Positions 1-10,740 of a stretch of 64,000 nt of DNA are shown piece after piece. The notes beneath the pieces are model-generated. The model was not told the DNA's origin. It saw only the letters and a program-made list of their open reading frames with translations, and ran no database searches. The DNA comes from an uncultured Chloroflexia bacterium (lineage in GTDB: Bacteria > Chloroflexota > Chloroflexia > QHBQ01 > JADMIH01): contig CAWCNY010000003.1 in NCBI GenBank assembly GCA_963797095.1, positions 256,001-320,000 on the forward strand. The letters run 5' to 3'. The translations under genes and the position numbers were made by a program. The stretch's first letter is position 1, and every line of letters starts with the position of its first letter.

Positions 1-1481
1 CTTCTCACCCTTCTCTCACCTACTACTTTTCCCGTCGAACTTGTTACTTCATCCCCAACCCCGCTCGTTTCCTTAATACCGTCCAATCCATGCTGGCGCT
101 CCTGCCCCTGCTCTTGATGAATAAAGACTTGCGAGATTTCCATTAGTGGAGCCACTTCTTGAGATGGCAGGTTCCCAAGGCCGAGAGCGTGTCGATATTC
201 GGCAACCACCGTCTTGTCGGAAACTCGGGTGTAGCGGCGGGTAGAGTCGAGAGAAGCATGTCCCAACCGCTTTTGAAGGGTAAGCTCACGCATGCCTTGC
301 TCCCACATCTTTGTAGCGTGGGTGTGACGTAGGGCGTGCGGGGTCGTCCAGTACTCGCGTATATTCAGCCGCTCACAATGACGCTGAAACATCTTGACGA
401 GTGCGGCATACCCAAGCGGTTCTCCTCGCCGCCTGCCTTTGCCTCCCACCAAGAACACGTATGGGCTTTGGAAATCGAGAGGCCGCTCCTGCATAACGTA
501 AGTAGCAACAGCGTGCAGCGCTTCCGGCTCGTGCAGGTCCACCACGCGCTCACGCCGAGACTTGGTACGCACGCCCTTCGGATGGTCAGTGTGGTACCGG
601 ACGATCACCCGACGGTGACCGTACTCTATGTCATCGAGATGGAGGCTGAGGACCTCGCCCGGGCGTAATCCCCCCTGCAACATGAGCAGCAACATTGCCT
701 TGTCTCGCCATCGTGAGAAGGAGAGGAGGAGTTGCTCTACTTGCCCATCAGACATGGGGCGCGGCAGATATTGAGCTGTCTTGACCGTCAGAGTGCGCCT
801 GATAGGCTTTCGCCAACCCCAGGAATCGTGACCTGCTTGGTCATGCACCCCACTCACGTCCCGCAGCTGCCATGACGATTGGCGGGCGGGTCGCGTTCCT
901 TGGTATTGTGGGTATTGCGGATATGGTGGAGAACCGGAAATATCGTCCGCCACACGAGCGAGTGCTGGATCATACTGTTTCGCTATGGGATTCTGCCTGG
1001 TCTGTAGCCATGCTGAGACTATCAGGTAATCATAGAAGGATGAAACAGCTGCGATAGCACGATTGATCGTGGCCGGCGCTAGGCGAGTGCTCGAGCTCCG
1101 ACCACTTCCTCTAGTTGCGGCAACTCCGGCAGTTTCGGCATTTCCACCGGTACACAGCACAAGACTGTATCTGTGAGTGGATCTAGCATTGGAGACCGAG
1201 CGCAGGTACTCCAGGAACAGGATTGACTCTGCGGGACCAAAGCTTCCGAAGTCTAGACCACGCCCAACGAAGAACTGGGCGAAATGGAGCAGATCGTAAG
1301 CATAAGCAGCTAGGGTATTGGGGGAACAACCGCGAGCACTCAGAAAGTGCATAAACCAGGAAACCTCAGGTAGAGGCTGGCCACTATCATCGAGTAGCTC
1401 GAAAGACACTTGGCCTTGCCCTTGGCCTTGGCTTGGGCTCAGTACTTGGCCTTCTGAGCTTGACACACGCCGGACTTTCAT
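1..1481 (-). CDS. Tyrosine recombinase/integrase, Tn554 TnpA-like (3' end beyond window edge; not in ORF track)
   Basis: Manual minus-strand translation from ATG 1481 (SD AGGAGG upstream) stays open to the edge: MKVRRVSSSEG...SPNTLAAYAYDL...LAPATINRAIAAVSSFYDYL...RDKAMLLLMLQGGLRPGEVL...TPHALRHTHAT...LGHASLDSTRRY. All catalytic R, HxxR, H and Y motifs are present. Confidence 0.9.
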   Translation of the reverse strand, partial: MKVRRVSSSEGQVLSPSQGQGQGQVSFELLDDSGQPLPEVSWFMHFLSARGCSPNTLAAYAYDLLHFAQFFVGRGLDFGSFGPAESILFLEYLRSVSNARSTHRYSLVLCTGGNAETAGVAATRGSGRSSSTRLAPATINRAIAAVSSFYDYLIVSAWLQTRQNPIAKQYDPALARVADDISGSPPYPQYPQYQGTRPARQSSWQLRDVSGVHDQAGHDSWGWRKPIRRTLTVKTAQYLPRPMSDGQVEQLLLSFSRWRDKAMLLLMLQGGLRPGEVLSLHLDDIEYGHRRVIVRYHTDHPKGVRTKSRRERVVDLHEPEALHAVATYVMQERPLDFQSPYVFLVGGKGRRRGEPLGYAALVKMFQRHCERLNIREYWTTPHALRHTHATKMWEQGMRELTLQKRLGHASLDSTRRYTRVSDKTVVAEYRHALGLGNLPSQEVAPLMEISQVFIHQEQGQERQHGLDGIKETSGVGDEVTSSTGKVVGERRVR

Positions 1482-1515
1482 AATATGACCTCCTAAGGTG
1501 TGATTTGACGCATAG

Positions 1516-1560
1516 TGTCAGGGGATTGACACAGCCAAAGGCGCTGTCATGATCCTGACA
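1516..1560. promoter_or_regulatory. Two TGTCA-N6-TGACA palindromes, candidate recombinase or regulator binding sites
   Basis: TGTCA-ggggat-TGACA (1516-1531) and TGTCA-tgatcc-TGACA (1545-1560) lie immediately upstream of the integrase start. Confidence 0.5.
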
Positions 1561-1619
1561 CACGATTCGCTTCGTCACAACCGTGAGGCTATACTATTTC
1601 CGCGAAGTGTCTACATAAT

Positions 1620-1752
1620 TCTCTATCTTCTCAACTTAGTGCCCGAACTGCCTGAGCCACTCACCAGTAGCCTGCCTACAATTGAGGACTTCGAGGGACT
1701 GGATGCCGAAATCGGAAACGAGGAAGAAGGTGAAGAAGAGGGCGAAGAGTAG
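1620..1752 (+). pseudogene. 3' remnant of a YhcG/DUF1016 (PDDEXK nuclease) family gene
   Basis: The peptide LVPELPEPLTSSLPTIEDFEGLDAE resembles the characteristic YhcG C-terminus (LPxxLxSSLPTIEEIE). The upstream part is absent. Confidence 0.45.
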
Positions 1753-2069
1753 TACCAAAACTCTGCGGTCAGTCGCATATTTGGCACTCTGAATCTGAAA
1801 CGGGACTTTGGGACCCATGCCAATGGGCTTCCAAGCGCCACTCGCATCCGCAGGCGAGCGGATCAGTTCGATCGTCCAAATCGGACGTCTTTGGCATCTC
1901 CAATGACTGACTGTATGTAAGCCAAAGTCTGCACGATGATTATGGCTATGGCATTTACCTTGCCCCTACCCGCTTTCGCCTGACTGCAGCCCGATTTCTC
2001 TGATTGCCTACAGGGCTGGGGCGATGCTTGAAGTTTGGGTAGGTGAATATAGAGGTATATAATCGGTCC

Positions 2070-4793
2070 ATGGTTACCCCAATCCTAGCGACCAAGCTCT
2101 ATATCCCGCCACCTCCTGCTAAGGTTGTAGTCCGTCCCCGCCTAGTCGAGAGGCTGAACGAGGAACTGCACCGCAAGCTAACCCTCATCTCTGCCCCCGC
2201 TGGCTTTGGAAAGACCACTCTGGTTAGCGAGTGGGTCGCCAGCCGCAAGCAACGCGAACCTTGGATTCGGGTAGCGTGGCTGTCATTGGACGAAGGAGAT
2301 AACGACCCAACACGCTCTTTGACTTACCTGGTCACTGCGTTACAGGGTATTGGCCCGGATAGCGACACAGGTTTGTTATCTGTGCTGCAATCTTCCAATA
2401 CCCCGCACCCGCCAACCGAAGCGGTTCTAACGACCCTGCTCAATGAAATCATCGCTATCTCAGAACATTTCGTCCTCGTCCTGGATGACTATCACTTAAC
2501 TGATGCCAAACCGATCGATGACACCCTCACCTTTTTACTCGAGCACCTTCCACCACAGATGCACCTGGTCCTCACCACCCGTGAGGACCCACAAATACCC
2601 CTGGCCCGCCTCCGCGCCCGCGGTCAATTATGCGAACTGCGCGCAAGTGACTTGCGTTTTACACCTTCTGAAGCCGCTGAATTTCTGAACCAGGTAATGA
2701 GTTTAAACCTCACGGCTGAAGATGTCGCTCTTCTGGAAACCCATACCGAAGGCTGGATTGCCGGCCTGCAACTAGCCGCCCTTTCCATGCAGGGACATGA
2801 GGATGTTACTGGATTCATCAAATCCTTCGCCGGAGACAACCGGTACATAGTGGACTATCTGGTCGAAGAAGTCCTTGAGCGCCAGCCCGAAAGTGTCCGC
2901 AGCTTCTTGCTCCAGACCTCGATTCTCGAGCAGTTGAGTGGCCCCCTAAGCGATGCTGTCACTGGGCAGCAGGAAGGCAGTGGCCAGGCGCGGTTGGAGG
3001 CCCTTGAGCGAGGCAACTTCTTTGTCGTTCCGCTGGATGACAAGCGCCAATGGTATCGCTATCACCACCTCTTTGCTGAAGTTCTCCACGCGCATTTACT
3101 GGCGGAGACCGCTGGTCAACCCGACCAGGTATCAGCTCTGCACCGGCTCGCCAGCAAGTGGTACGAGCGTAACCATTCGGCGCCCGATGCGATTCCCCAG
3201 GCGATCCGTCATGCTCTGGCTGCCCATGATTTCGAGAGAGCCGCAGACCTTGTGGAGCGGGCAGTGCCAGCAGCACGCAGGAGCAGACAGGAAGCCTTAT
3301 TGCTTGGCTGGCTCAAGGCGCTACCGGATGAAGTTGTCGATCACAGGCCCGCTCTCAGCGTCTGGTATGCGCACTTCCTATTCGCCAGTGGCGAGCTAGA
3401 GAGCGTCGAGGACCGCCTCCGGAGGGCCGAAAAGGGGATCGAGACGCTGGATAGTCTCCATACTCTGACTAGCGGGGATACGGCGAACGCCCCGGATAAC
3501 CGGGATGGTCAAGCAGCGGCGGGTGAGCAACCCGGACAAGGAGTCCTGGCTGCTCCAGCGACTGGGGATGCAGCCAGTATAATCGTAGTAGACCAGGAGG
3601 CGGCGCGCAGTCTCCCAGGTGCGATCGCCCTTGCCCGTGCTGGAATGGCTATGGCCGTGGGCGATGTGACCGGCACCGTTAACTATGCTCGGCAAGTGCT
3701 CGACCTCGCACCCGAAGACGACCATATGTCGCGTGGAGGTGCAGAGGCGTACCTGGGACTCGCATCATGGCTAAGCGGAGATCTCGAGGCAGCGTACAAC
3801 TCTTTTTCAAACGGTATGGCTCATTTGCAGTTGGCCGGATTTGTCGCCGACGCCGTCAACGGCGCGATCACACTGGCTGATATACGTGTTGCGCAAGGTC
3901 GGCTTCACGATGCAATACGTGTTTATGAGGGCGGATTGCATCTCGCCCGGGAGCGGGGAGACCCTGGAATGCGGGGAACGGCAGATATACTTGTTGGCAT
4001 GAGTGAGCTCCTTCTTGAGCGTAACGATCTGGCTGGGGCAACGCAGCACCTGCTGAAAAGCAAGGAGCAGGGCGAGCACACCGGCTTCCCGCAGAACCGG
4101 TATCGCTGGTATGTCGCAATGGCTCGAATACGGGAGGCGCATGGGGATCTGGAGGTCGCGTTAGACATGCTTGAGGAGGCGGAGCGCGTGTACATGAGCG
4201 GCCTTCTCCAAGACGTGCGACCTATGGCCGCACTGCGGGCACGCGTGTGGGTGGCACAGGGTACGCCGGAGAGGCTAGACAAAGCGCTGGCCTGGGCACA
4301 GGAGCGAGGCCTATCTGCCGAGGATAGCCTAGACAGGCTGAGCTACCTGCGTGAGTTCGAGCACATCACGCTCGCCAGAGCGCTGATGGCCAGGTATATG
4401 CGCGAGAAGCACGACGGGGCCGACCATTTGGCGAGCGGCACCATTGATGAAGCAGTGGGGTCATTAGAGCGCCTCTTGCAAGCAGCAGACGAAGGCGGCA
4501 GGACAGGCAGCGTCATCGAAATCCTGGTGCTGCTCTCCCTCGCCCATCATGCGCATGGTGACACCCCAACGCAACAAACCCAACGTTTTCCACAACCAAC
4601 CATCCTGCTAAATCAAGCGCGCAAACAATCCACAAACGCAGGCATCACACACACGAACGAAATCCAACCCCAAAAACCATCTCCGTCCTCTGCGCCTCTG
4701 CGGTGCAACAATCCACTCCGCACAAAAATTCACCCAAATGGCTACTTGCATAAGCAGAACACCTGTGCTAAGATCAGATCAAACAACACCTAG
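2070..4793 (+). pseudogene. MalT-like STAND ATPase/LuxR regulator truncated near 4568 (no LuxR HTH)
   Basis: Has TKLYIP, the P-loop APAGFGKTT, LVLDDYH, TEGWIAGLQL and YRYHHLF motifs. Homology ends at HAHGDTP, and the final ~75 codons are C/A-rich sequence that includes the next gene's promoter. Confidence 0.8.
4746..4774 (+). promoter_or_regulatory. Sigma70-type promoter
   Basis: TTGCAT-17 bp-TAAGAT with extended -10 TG, upstream of the ATG at 4826. Confidence 0.5.
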
Positions 4794-4825
4794 CCACCAA
4801 CCACAGCCCGAAGGATCAACCTACA

Positions 4826-6583
4826 ATGCATGCCACACTAGCCAATAAGCCAACTATCTGGCACATCACACCCAAAACAAAGCTTCTGGCGGCCGTCATG
4901 ACCCTCTTCCTACCCGCGTCCCTCGCAGCCGCCCCCCTCCACCAGACCGGCCCCTCTCCCTCCGCCCCCGCCATCCTCGCGGGCGATGGCACCGTCAACC
5001 GTCTGGCCCCCAGCGTGGCAGGCAACACCCTCGTCTACAGCGATTGCTCCTCCGGCAACTGCAACATCTCCACGCTCAACCTCCTCACCCATCAGGCCTC
5101 CCCCATCACCCACGCCAACTACGACCAGCTAAACCCCGTCACCGACGGCACCTGGGTGGTCTGGCAAGATGGCCGCAACGCCTCCACCGACGACGCCACC
5201 AGCATCACCAACAACTACGACCTCTACGCCGCCAACCTCTCCGATAAAAAAGAATTCCTCGTATCCGACGCTTCCAACCTCCAGGGCAAGCCCTCCATCT
5301 CCGGCAACCTCATAGTCTGGGCCGACTACCGCGACGCCAAAGACTCCGGCGACCCCGACGCGGGCGACATCTACATGTTCGACCTCACCACCCGCCAGGA
5401 AACCCGCGTCACCGACTCGCCCGCCGCCCAGTCCCGCCCCGTCACCAACGGCCAAACCATAGTCTGGATCGACTTCCGCAACGAACCCAACCCCGAGGGC
5501 TTCAACGGCGACATCTACGCCTACGACCTCTCCTCTCGCCAGGAATACCCCATCACCAAAGCGCCCGACCTCCAGACCGACCCCGCCATCTACGGCAACA
5601 TTGTCGTCTGGCAAGACTACCGCAACGCCACAAGCGACACCGACTACAACGCCGACATCTACGCCTACAATCTCTCCACCAAACAGGAGTTCCCAATCAC
5701 AACCTCAGCAGGCAGGCAGGCCCGCCCCACCATCGCGGGCAACCTCGTCGCCTGGGAAGATTACCGCGACGACCCAAACCCGGCCAACACAGCCAACCCC
5801 ACCGACGGCAACATCTACGGCTACGACCTCTCCACCAAGCGCGAGTTCCCCGTTTCCCTTGAACCGGGCGAGCAGGAAGCCCCCACCGCAGGCGGCACTA
5901 CAGTAGCCTACCAGACCAACCCCAACGTCAACGACCCCACTTCCCGTTGGAGCATAAGCGCAGTCACAATAAATGGCGTGCAGGGCGGCACCATCCAACC
6001 CCTGCCCCCTCCCTCCCCTCTCCCCGGCGACGACACCCGCATCTTCCCCGAAACAGGCAAAACGGTCACGGGCATCTTCCTCGACTACTGGAACGATCAT
6101 GGCGGCCTCACCCAGCAAGGCTACCCCATCTCCGAAGTAATAGGCGAAGCCAGCGACCTCAACGGCCAACCCTACACAGTCCAGTATTTCGAGCGCGCCG
6201 TCTTCGAGCTACACCCCGAAAACGACGCCCCCTACAACGTGCTCCTATCTCAGCTAGGCACCTACCAGTACAAACGCAAATACCCCACCGGAGCGCCAGG
6301 CCAGACCCCCAACCAACAAGACGCCCATTACTTCCCCGAAACAGACCACTGGATAGGCGGCAAATTCCTCCAATACTGGCAAACCCACGGCGGCCTCGCC
6401 CAGCAAGGCTACCCCATCTCCGAAGAATTCACCGAAGTATCCGACCTCAACGGCCAACCCTACACAGTCCAGTATTTCGAGCGCGCCGTCTTCGAGCTAC
6501 ACCCCGAAAACACCCCACCTAACGACGTACTACTATCCCAACTAGGCACCTTCCAACACAGGTCCAAATACGGCAACAACTAA
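4826..6583 (+). CDS. Secreted beta-propeller repeat protein with two C-terminal Chloroflexota FPETG modules
   Basis: Signal-like N-terminus, repeated 'IVWxDxRN...DIYxYDL' units, and two FPET(G/D)...GGLxQQGYPISE...QYFERAVFELHPEN repeats. Confidence 0.85.
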   Translation: MHATLANKPTIWHITPKTKLLAAVMTLFLPASLAAAPLHQTGPSPSAPAILAGDGTVNRLAPSVAGNTLVYSDCSSGNCNISTLNLLTHQASPITHANYDQLNPVTDGTWVVWQDGRNASTDDATSITNNYDLYAANLSDKKEFLVSDASNLQGKPSISGNLIVWADYRDAKDSGDPDAGDIYMFDLTTRQETRVTDSPAAQSRPVTNGQTIVWIDFRNEPNPEGFNGDIYAYDLSSRQEYPITKAPDLQTDPAIYGNIVVWQDYRNATSDTDYNADIYAYNLSTKQEFPITTSAGRQARPTIAGNLVAWEDYRDDPNPANTANPTDGNIYGYDLSTKREFPVSLEPGEQEAPTAGGTTVAYQTNPNVNDPTSRWSISAVTINGVQGGTIQPLPPPSPLPGDDTRIFPETGKTVTGIFLDYWNDHGGLTQQGYPISEVIGEASDLNGQPYTVQYFERAVFELHPENDAPYNVLLSQLGTYQYKRKYPTGAPGQTPNQQDAHYFPETDHWIGGKFLQYWQTHGGLAQQGYPISEEFTEVSDLNGQPYTVQYFERAVFELHPENTPPNDVLLSQLGTFQHRSKYGNN

Positions 6584-6659
6584 CACCCCTTACAAGAAGG
6601 CGCAAGCAGAACTGCCCGCCCAGGGCCCTCAAAGTGTCTCTATCTCTCACTGCCCGAGC

Positions 6660-6790
6660 GCAAAAGGGAGTGCAGGCGGAACTGCCTGCCGGGGGGTTCG
6701 GGGGGTATACCCCCAACTCTCATCTCTATAGAAAGCCCCCTCTTCCCTGGCAGGGAAGAGAGGGTTGGGGGTGATGGGTCGTACCCCCAA
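6660..6790. repeat. Cluster of REP-like palindromes
   Basis: gggggtataccccc and ctcttccctggcagggaagagag hairpins in intergenic DNA. Confidence 0.6.
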
Positions 6791-6888
6791 AAGGGGAAAA
6801 CACGGAACACCCCGTTGGACAACACACCCCCCGCATGGTAGACTCTCATGTGCCCCACGGCTAGGGGAAACTAACCAAGGAGGAAATT

Positions 6889-7443
6889 TTGAAAAGGTTC
6901 TTCGTGAGCATAGCCTTGCTCGCACTCGGAGCGGTCACCCTCGTCGGTTGCGGCGAGCCCGCGACACCCACAACACCGCCACCACCACCCACCCCCATCA
7001 ACGGCGACCCATCAGCAGGGAGCAGCACAGTGAACACAGCAGGCCAACCGGACCACGTAACCGTCCAGCACATACTGATAGGATTCAAAGACGCAATCGG
7101 CTTCCAGGGCAATCCCCCTCCCGGTGCCACTAACCGCACCGAGGAGCAGGCCAAGACCCTCGCCTATGACATCTTCAACAGAGCCAAGAACGGCGAAGAC
7201 TTCGACCAGCTAGTCAGCCAGTACACCGACAACTCGCCTCCCGGCATCTACAGCATGTCCAACATCGGCATACAGCCCACCTCCGCCGACGAATACCCCC
7301 GCGAAGGCATGGTAGCAGCGTTCGGCAATATAGGCTTCGCCTTGCAGGTGGGAGAGATCGGCATTGCCGACTACGACCCCGGCGACCTCAACACCGTCGG
7401 CACCAGCCCCTTCGGCTGGCACATCATCAAGCGCATCAAGTAG
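6889..7443 (+). CDS. Parvulin-type peptidyl-prolyl isomerase lipoprotein
   Basis: Lipobox LVGC, VQHILI, GEDFDQLV, MVAAF and SPFGWHIIKR motifs. SD AGGAGG with a TTG start. Confidence 0.85.
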   Translation: MKRFFVSIALLALGAVTLVGCGEPATPTTPPPPPTPINGDPSAGSSTVNTAGQPDHVTVQHILIGFKDAIGFQGNPPPGATNRTEEQAKTLAYDIFNRAKNGEDFDQLVSQYTDNSPPGIYSMSNIGIQPTSADEYPREGMVAAFGNIGFALQVGEIGIADYDPGDLNTVGTSPFGWHIIKRIK

Positions 7444-7449
7444 CCAGGG

Positions 7450-8097
7450 TTAGGCTACGTGCCCCCGGCGCACCGCTATGCGCTGGAGGTAAGCCAGCCC
7501 AACCTCCGCCATCAGCGCCAGGATCGCCACCGGGATCGCCCCCACCAACAGTATATAGTTGCGGCCAAGCGTCAGCCCAGCTGTAATGAAATCTCCCAGC
7601 CCTCCCCCGCCAATAAGGGAGGCAAGCGTCGCGCTTGAGATCACCTCAATGGTGGCGATCCGCACCCCCGCCAGGATCACAGGCAGAGCCAGCGGCAGTT
7701 GCACCCTCATAATGAGGTCCAGCGGCGTCATCCCCATGCCCCGCCCCGCCTCAAGCACCGCCTTGTTCACCCCCCTCATCCCCGCCTCCGTATTAATAAG
7801 AAGCGGCGGCACCGCCAGCACACTGAGCGCCGCCAGCGAGGGCGCGAACCCCGTATGCAGCACCGGGATCAGGAGAAACAGCAGCGCCAGGCTAGGCACC
7901 ACGCGCACAATCCCCGCCACATTCACCATCACCCTCGAAAGCGCTTCGTAGCGACTCACAAGCACGCCCAGTGGCAGCCCCACCAGCGCTCCCACAAGCA
8001 GCGCCAGCAAGCTCAACTGCAAATGCGCTCCCAGTGCTCCCAGAAAGTTCTTAGAAGGATCGAGCGCGTATTCAATTGCCTGCCCTAACGTATCCAT
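7450..8097 (-). CDS. Osmoprotectant (OpuC/ProU-like) ABC permease
   Basis: EAGRGMGM EAA loop, LPLALPVILAGVR, GGGGLGDFI. Confidence 0.9.
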   Translation of the reverse strand: MDTLGQAIEYALDPSKNFLGALGAHLQLSLLALLVGALVGLPLGVLVSRYEALSRVMVNVAGIVRVVPSLALLFLLIPVLHTGFAPSLAALSVLAVPPLLINTEAGMRGVNKAVLEAGRGMGMTPLDLIMRVQLPLALPVILAGVRIATIEVISSATLASLIGGGGLGDFITAGLTLGRNYILLVGAIPVAILALMAEVGLAYLQRIAVRRGHVA

Positions 8098-8106
8098 AGC
8101 TCCGCC

Positions 8107-8715
8107 TCAAGGCACGCGCACCAGCCGCCCCACCAACCGGAAGCCGATATCGGTCACAATAGCGATAGCCGCCACGCATATCAGCCCAGCATAGAGCTTC
8201 GATTCGTTGTTGATCCCATCCTTCAGCAGTTGCCCCAGGCCCAACCCACCAACCCACGCCGCGATAGTAGCAAGCCCGATTGTAGAAAGAGCAGCAATCC
8301 GCAATCCCGCCACGATCACAGGCAGCGCAAGGGGCAACTCAATTCTCCACAACACCTGCCCGCCGTCCATCCCCATACCGACTGCGGCCTCTTTCACCCC
8401 CCTATCTACCCCGTTGAACGCCACCATCGTGTTGCGCACCAGCACCACCAGCGCGTAAGCGGTCAGCGCGATTATGGCCGGCTGCGACCCTATCCCAGTG
8501 AAAGGCACTAGAAAGGCAAACATGGCAAAGCTGGGTATCGTATACACGATCCCAAGCACCGTCAGCACAGGTGTCGCCAGACCTGCCCGGCGGCTCAGCA
8601 GCAACCCTAGCGGTAGCGCGATCAGCGCCGCGATCCCCAACGACAGACCACTAAGATACAGATGCTCGACAAACCGGGGCCACACTCGGTCAAAGTTGTT
8701 GATCAGGTAATCCAT
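8107..8715 (-). CDS. Osmoprotectant ABC permease
   Basis: TIPS, EAAVGMGM, ELPLALPVIVAGLR. Confidence 0.9.
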   Translation of the reverse strand: MDYLINNFDRVWPRFVEHLYLSGLSLGIAALIALPLGLLLSRRAGLATPVLTVLGIVYTIPSFAMFAFLVPFTGIGSQPAIIALTAYALVVLVRNTMVAFNGVDRGVKEAAVGMGMDGGQVLWRIELPLALPVIVAGLRIAALSTIGLATIAAWVGGLGLGQLLKDGINNESKLYAGLICVAAIAIVTDIGFRLVGRLVRVP

Positions 8716-8735
8716 CGATGCGCTACAAAGACAGC

Positions 8736-9791
8736 CTAGACCTCCTGCCCGACATCCATCTCGCGATGGGTAGCTCGCTTGATAGCTTGCAGATTGAGCG
8801 TGCCCACAGGCCTCCCTGCCTCATCGACAACGGTCAAACTGTTGGTGTCAGCCCCCAGCAAGATACCAAGCCCCTCGCGCAGACTGGCGCTAATCGGAAG
8901 CGTGGGAGCGGCCGGACTAAGAGCGGTCTCGGACAGAGGCAGCATCACCGTTTGCACGCCCAGCAGCGACAACCTCCGCAATACATCCTCCGACCCCACC
9001 AGGTCGGCCACGAAGGCATCCGCCGGGTCGGACAATATCTGCAAAGGCGTGTCGTACTGCACCAGTTTGCCCTGGCGCATGACGGCGATCTTATCCGCCA
9101 GCCTGATCGCCTCCTCTATGTCGTGCGTGACAAACAGGATCGTCTTGCGAACCACGCTCTGTATCCGTAGCAATTCGTCCTGCAAACGCCTGCGCGTGAT
9201 ATTATCTATGGCCGCGAACGGCTCGTCCATGAGCATGATCGACGGGTCGGCGGCCATCGCGCGGGCCAATCCCACCCTCTGCTGCTGCCCGCCCGAAAGC
9301 TGAGCCGGGTAGCGGCCACGGTACTCGCCGGGCGGCATGCCAATCAACTCAAGCAGATCGTCTATGCGATGATCGGTGCGGTCCTTATCCCACCCCAGCA
9401 AGCGTGGCACAGTCGCTATGTTCTCGGCCACCGTCATATGAGGAAAGAGGCCCGTGCTCTGGATCACATACCCAATGCGGCGGCGCAGGTCCGTCTCCTT
9501 GAAGCTGCGTGCCTCGCGTCCCTCCACCAGCACACGCCCCGAATCGTGCTCGTACAGGCGATTCACCATCTTCATCAGGGTGGTCTTTCCGCACCCCGAC
9601 GGCCCGAACAGCACGACAAAGCTCCCGGGCGCTACCTCCAGATAGACATCGTCTATAGCCGGAAATGTGGCTCCCGGGAAGCGTTTGCTTACGTGCTCGA
9701 AAACGATAGCAGGAGCGGTCGAATTCGGAGTGCGAAGTTCGGAGTTCGGAACATCCTTATCAACTGCTTGATCTTGGTCGATACTGGCCAT
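8736..9791 (-). CDS. Osmoprotectant ABC ATP-binding protein with C-terminal CBS domain
   Basis: GPSGCGKTT, LSGGQQQRV, LMDEPF, then a CBS-like tail. Confidence 0.92.
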   Translation of the reverse strand: MASIDQDQAVDKDVPNSELRTPNSTAPAIVFEHVSKRFPGATFPAIDDVYLEVAPGSFVVLFGPSGCGKTTLMKMVNRLYEHDSGRVLVEGREARSFKETDLRRRIGYVIQSTGLFPHMTVAENIATVPRLLGWDKDRTDHRIDDLLELIGMPPGEYRGRYPAQLSGGQQQRVGLARAMAADPSIMLMDEPFAAIDNITRRRLQDELLRIQSVVRKTILFVTHDIEEAIRLADKIAVMRQGKLVQYDTPLQILSDPADAFVADLVGSEDVLRRLSLLGVQTVMLPLSETALSPAAPTLPISASLREGLGILLGADTNSLTVVDEAGRPVGTLNLQAIKRATHREMDVGQEV

Positions 9792-9837
9792 TACAAACTA
9801 CTTGGGAACCTACTAACGCCGCACTCCGAATTCCGCC

Positions 9838-10740
9838 CTACTTGATCAATCCTTGCTGCTGCATCCATTCCTTTGCCACGTCCGCGTATTCTCGCTTCTT
9901 GCCGTCAACCTCCCAGTTGAGGGCCGAGATCACGTCGTTGGTCAGCTTGGGTGCGAGCGCGTTCAGCGCATCAGCGATTTGCGGGTACAAAGCAAGCACA
10001 TCGTCGCGCACAACCGGAGCCACATTGTACGGAAGGCCGTAGTTCTTGGGATCGCTCAGCAGCACTAACCCGTTGCCTGCTATCGGTCCATCCGTGCTGA
10101 AAGCCTGCGTCACTTCCACGTCGCCATTCATGAGCGTCGTGTAGAAGAGACTGGGATCAATAGACTTGATCTCTTTGAAATCGCACGCACCGTAAACCTC
10201 GGTCAGGCGTGGGTACGCATCGGGCCGGTCCTTGAACTCTGCGGTGGCCGACAGCCGTATGTCACCTGCCTTCGCGCACATAGCCGCCAGGCTTGTAATT
10301 CCCAGCAAATCGGCGTTCGCCTTGGTGGTCACAAACGCCTGGGTGTCGTTCATAGGAGAAGCATCCAGCCAGGTCATCTTGTACTGGTCCTCGTACCCCT
10401 GCTTGACCGCATCGTACACCGCCGGCGGATCGAATATGGGGTCCTGCTTCAGGATAACCGTAAGGCCGGTGCTGGTGTACTCAGGATACAGGTCGATCCC
10501 ATCATTGGCACCGCCCTTCTCCATAGCAGCCTGAGCTATATCCGACGCACCTATGTTCAGTTTGCGCTCGACAGGCACACCAGCGTTTTCAAGAGCCAAT
10601 GCATACATCTCGCCAAGCAAAAACTCCTCGGTAAAATTCTTTGAGCTAACAACCACGCTCCGTTTGTCATCGCCGCCACAGGCCGACAGCAGTAGGCTAA
10701 TGACAGTAAGCAGAGATAAGGCCAACATCCTCTTCTTCAC
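9838..10740 (-). CDS. Glycine betaine/choline-type ABC substrate-binding lipoprotein
   Basis: Lipobox LSAC, SKNFTEE, IDLYPEYTST, FSTDG. GTG start with SD AAGGAGG. Confidence 0.9.
   Translation of the reverse strand: MKKRMLALSLLTVISLLLSACGGDDKRSVVVSSKNFTEEFLLGEMYALALENAGVPVERKLNIGASDIAQAAMEKGGANDGIDLYPEYTSTGLTVILKQDPIFDPPAVYDAVKQGYEDQYKMTWLDASPMNDTQAFVTTKANADLLGITSLAAMCAKAGDIRLSATAEFKDRPDAYPRLTEVYGACDFKEIKSIDPSLFYTTLMNGDVEVTQAFSTDGPIAGNGLVLLSDPKNYGLPYNVAPVVRDDVLALYPQIADALNALAPKLTNDVISALNWEVDGKKREYADVAKEWMQQQGLIK

Noticed and set aside
336-1057. Small ORFs 336-668, 365-553 and 872-1057
   Set aside because: They are shadows of the minus-strand integrase.
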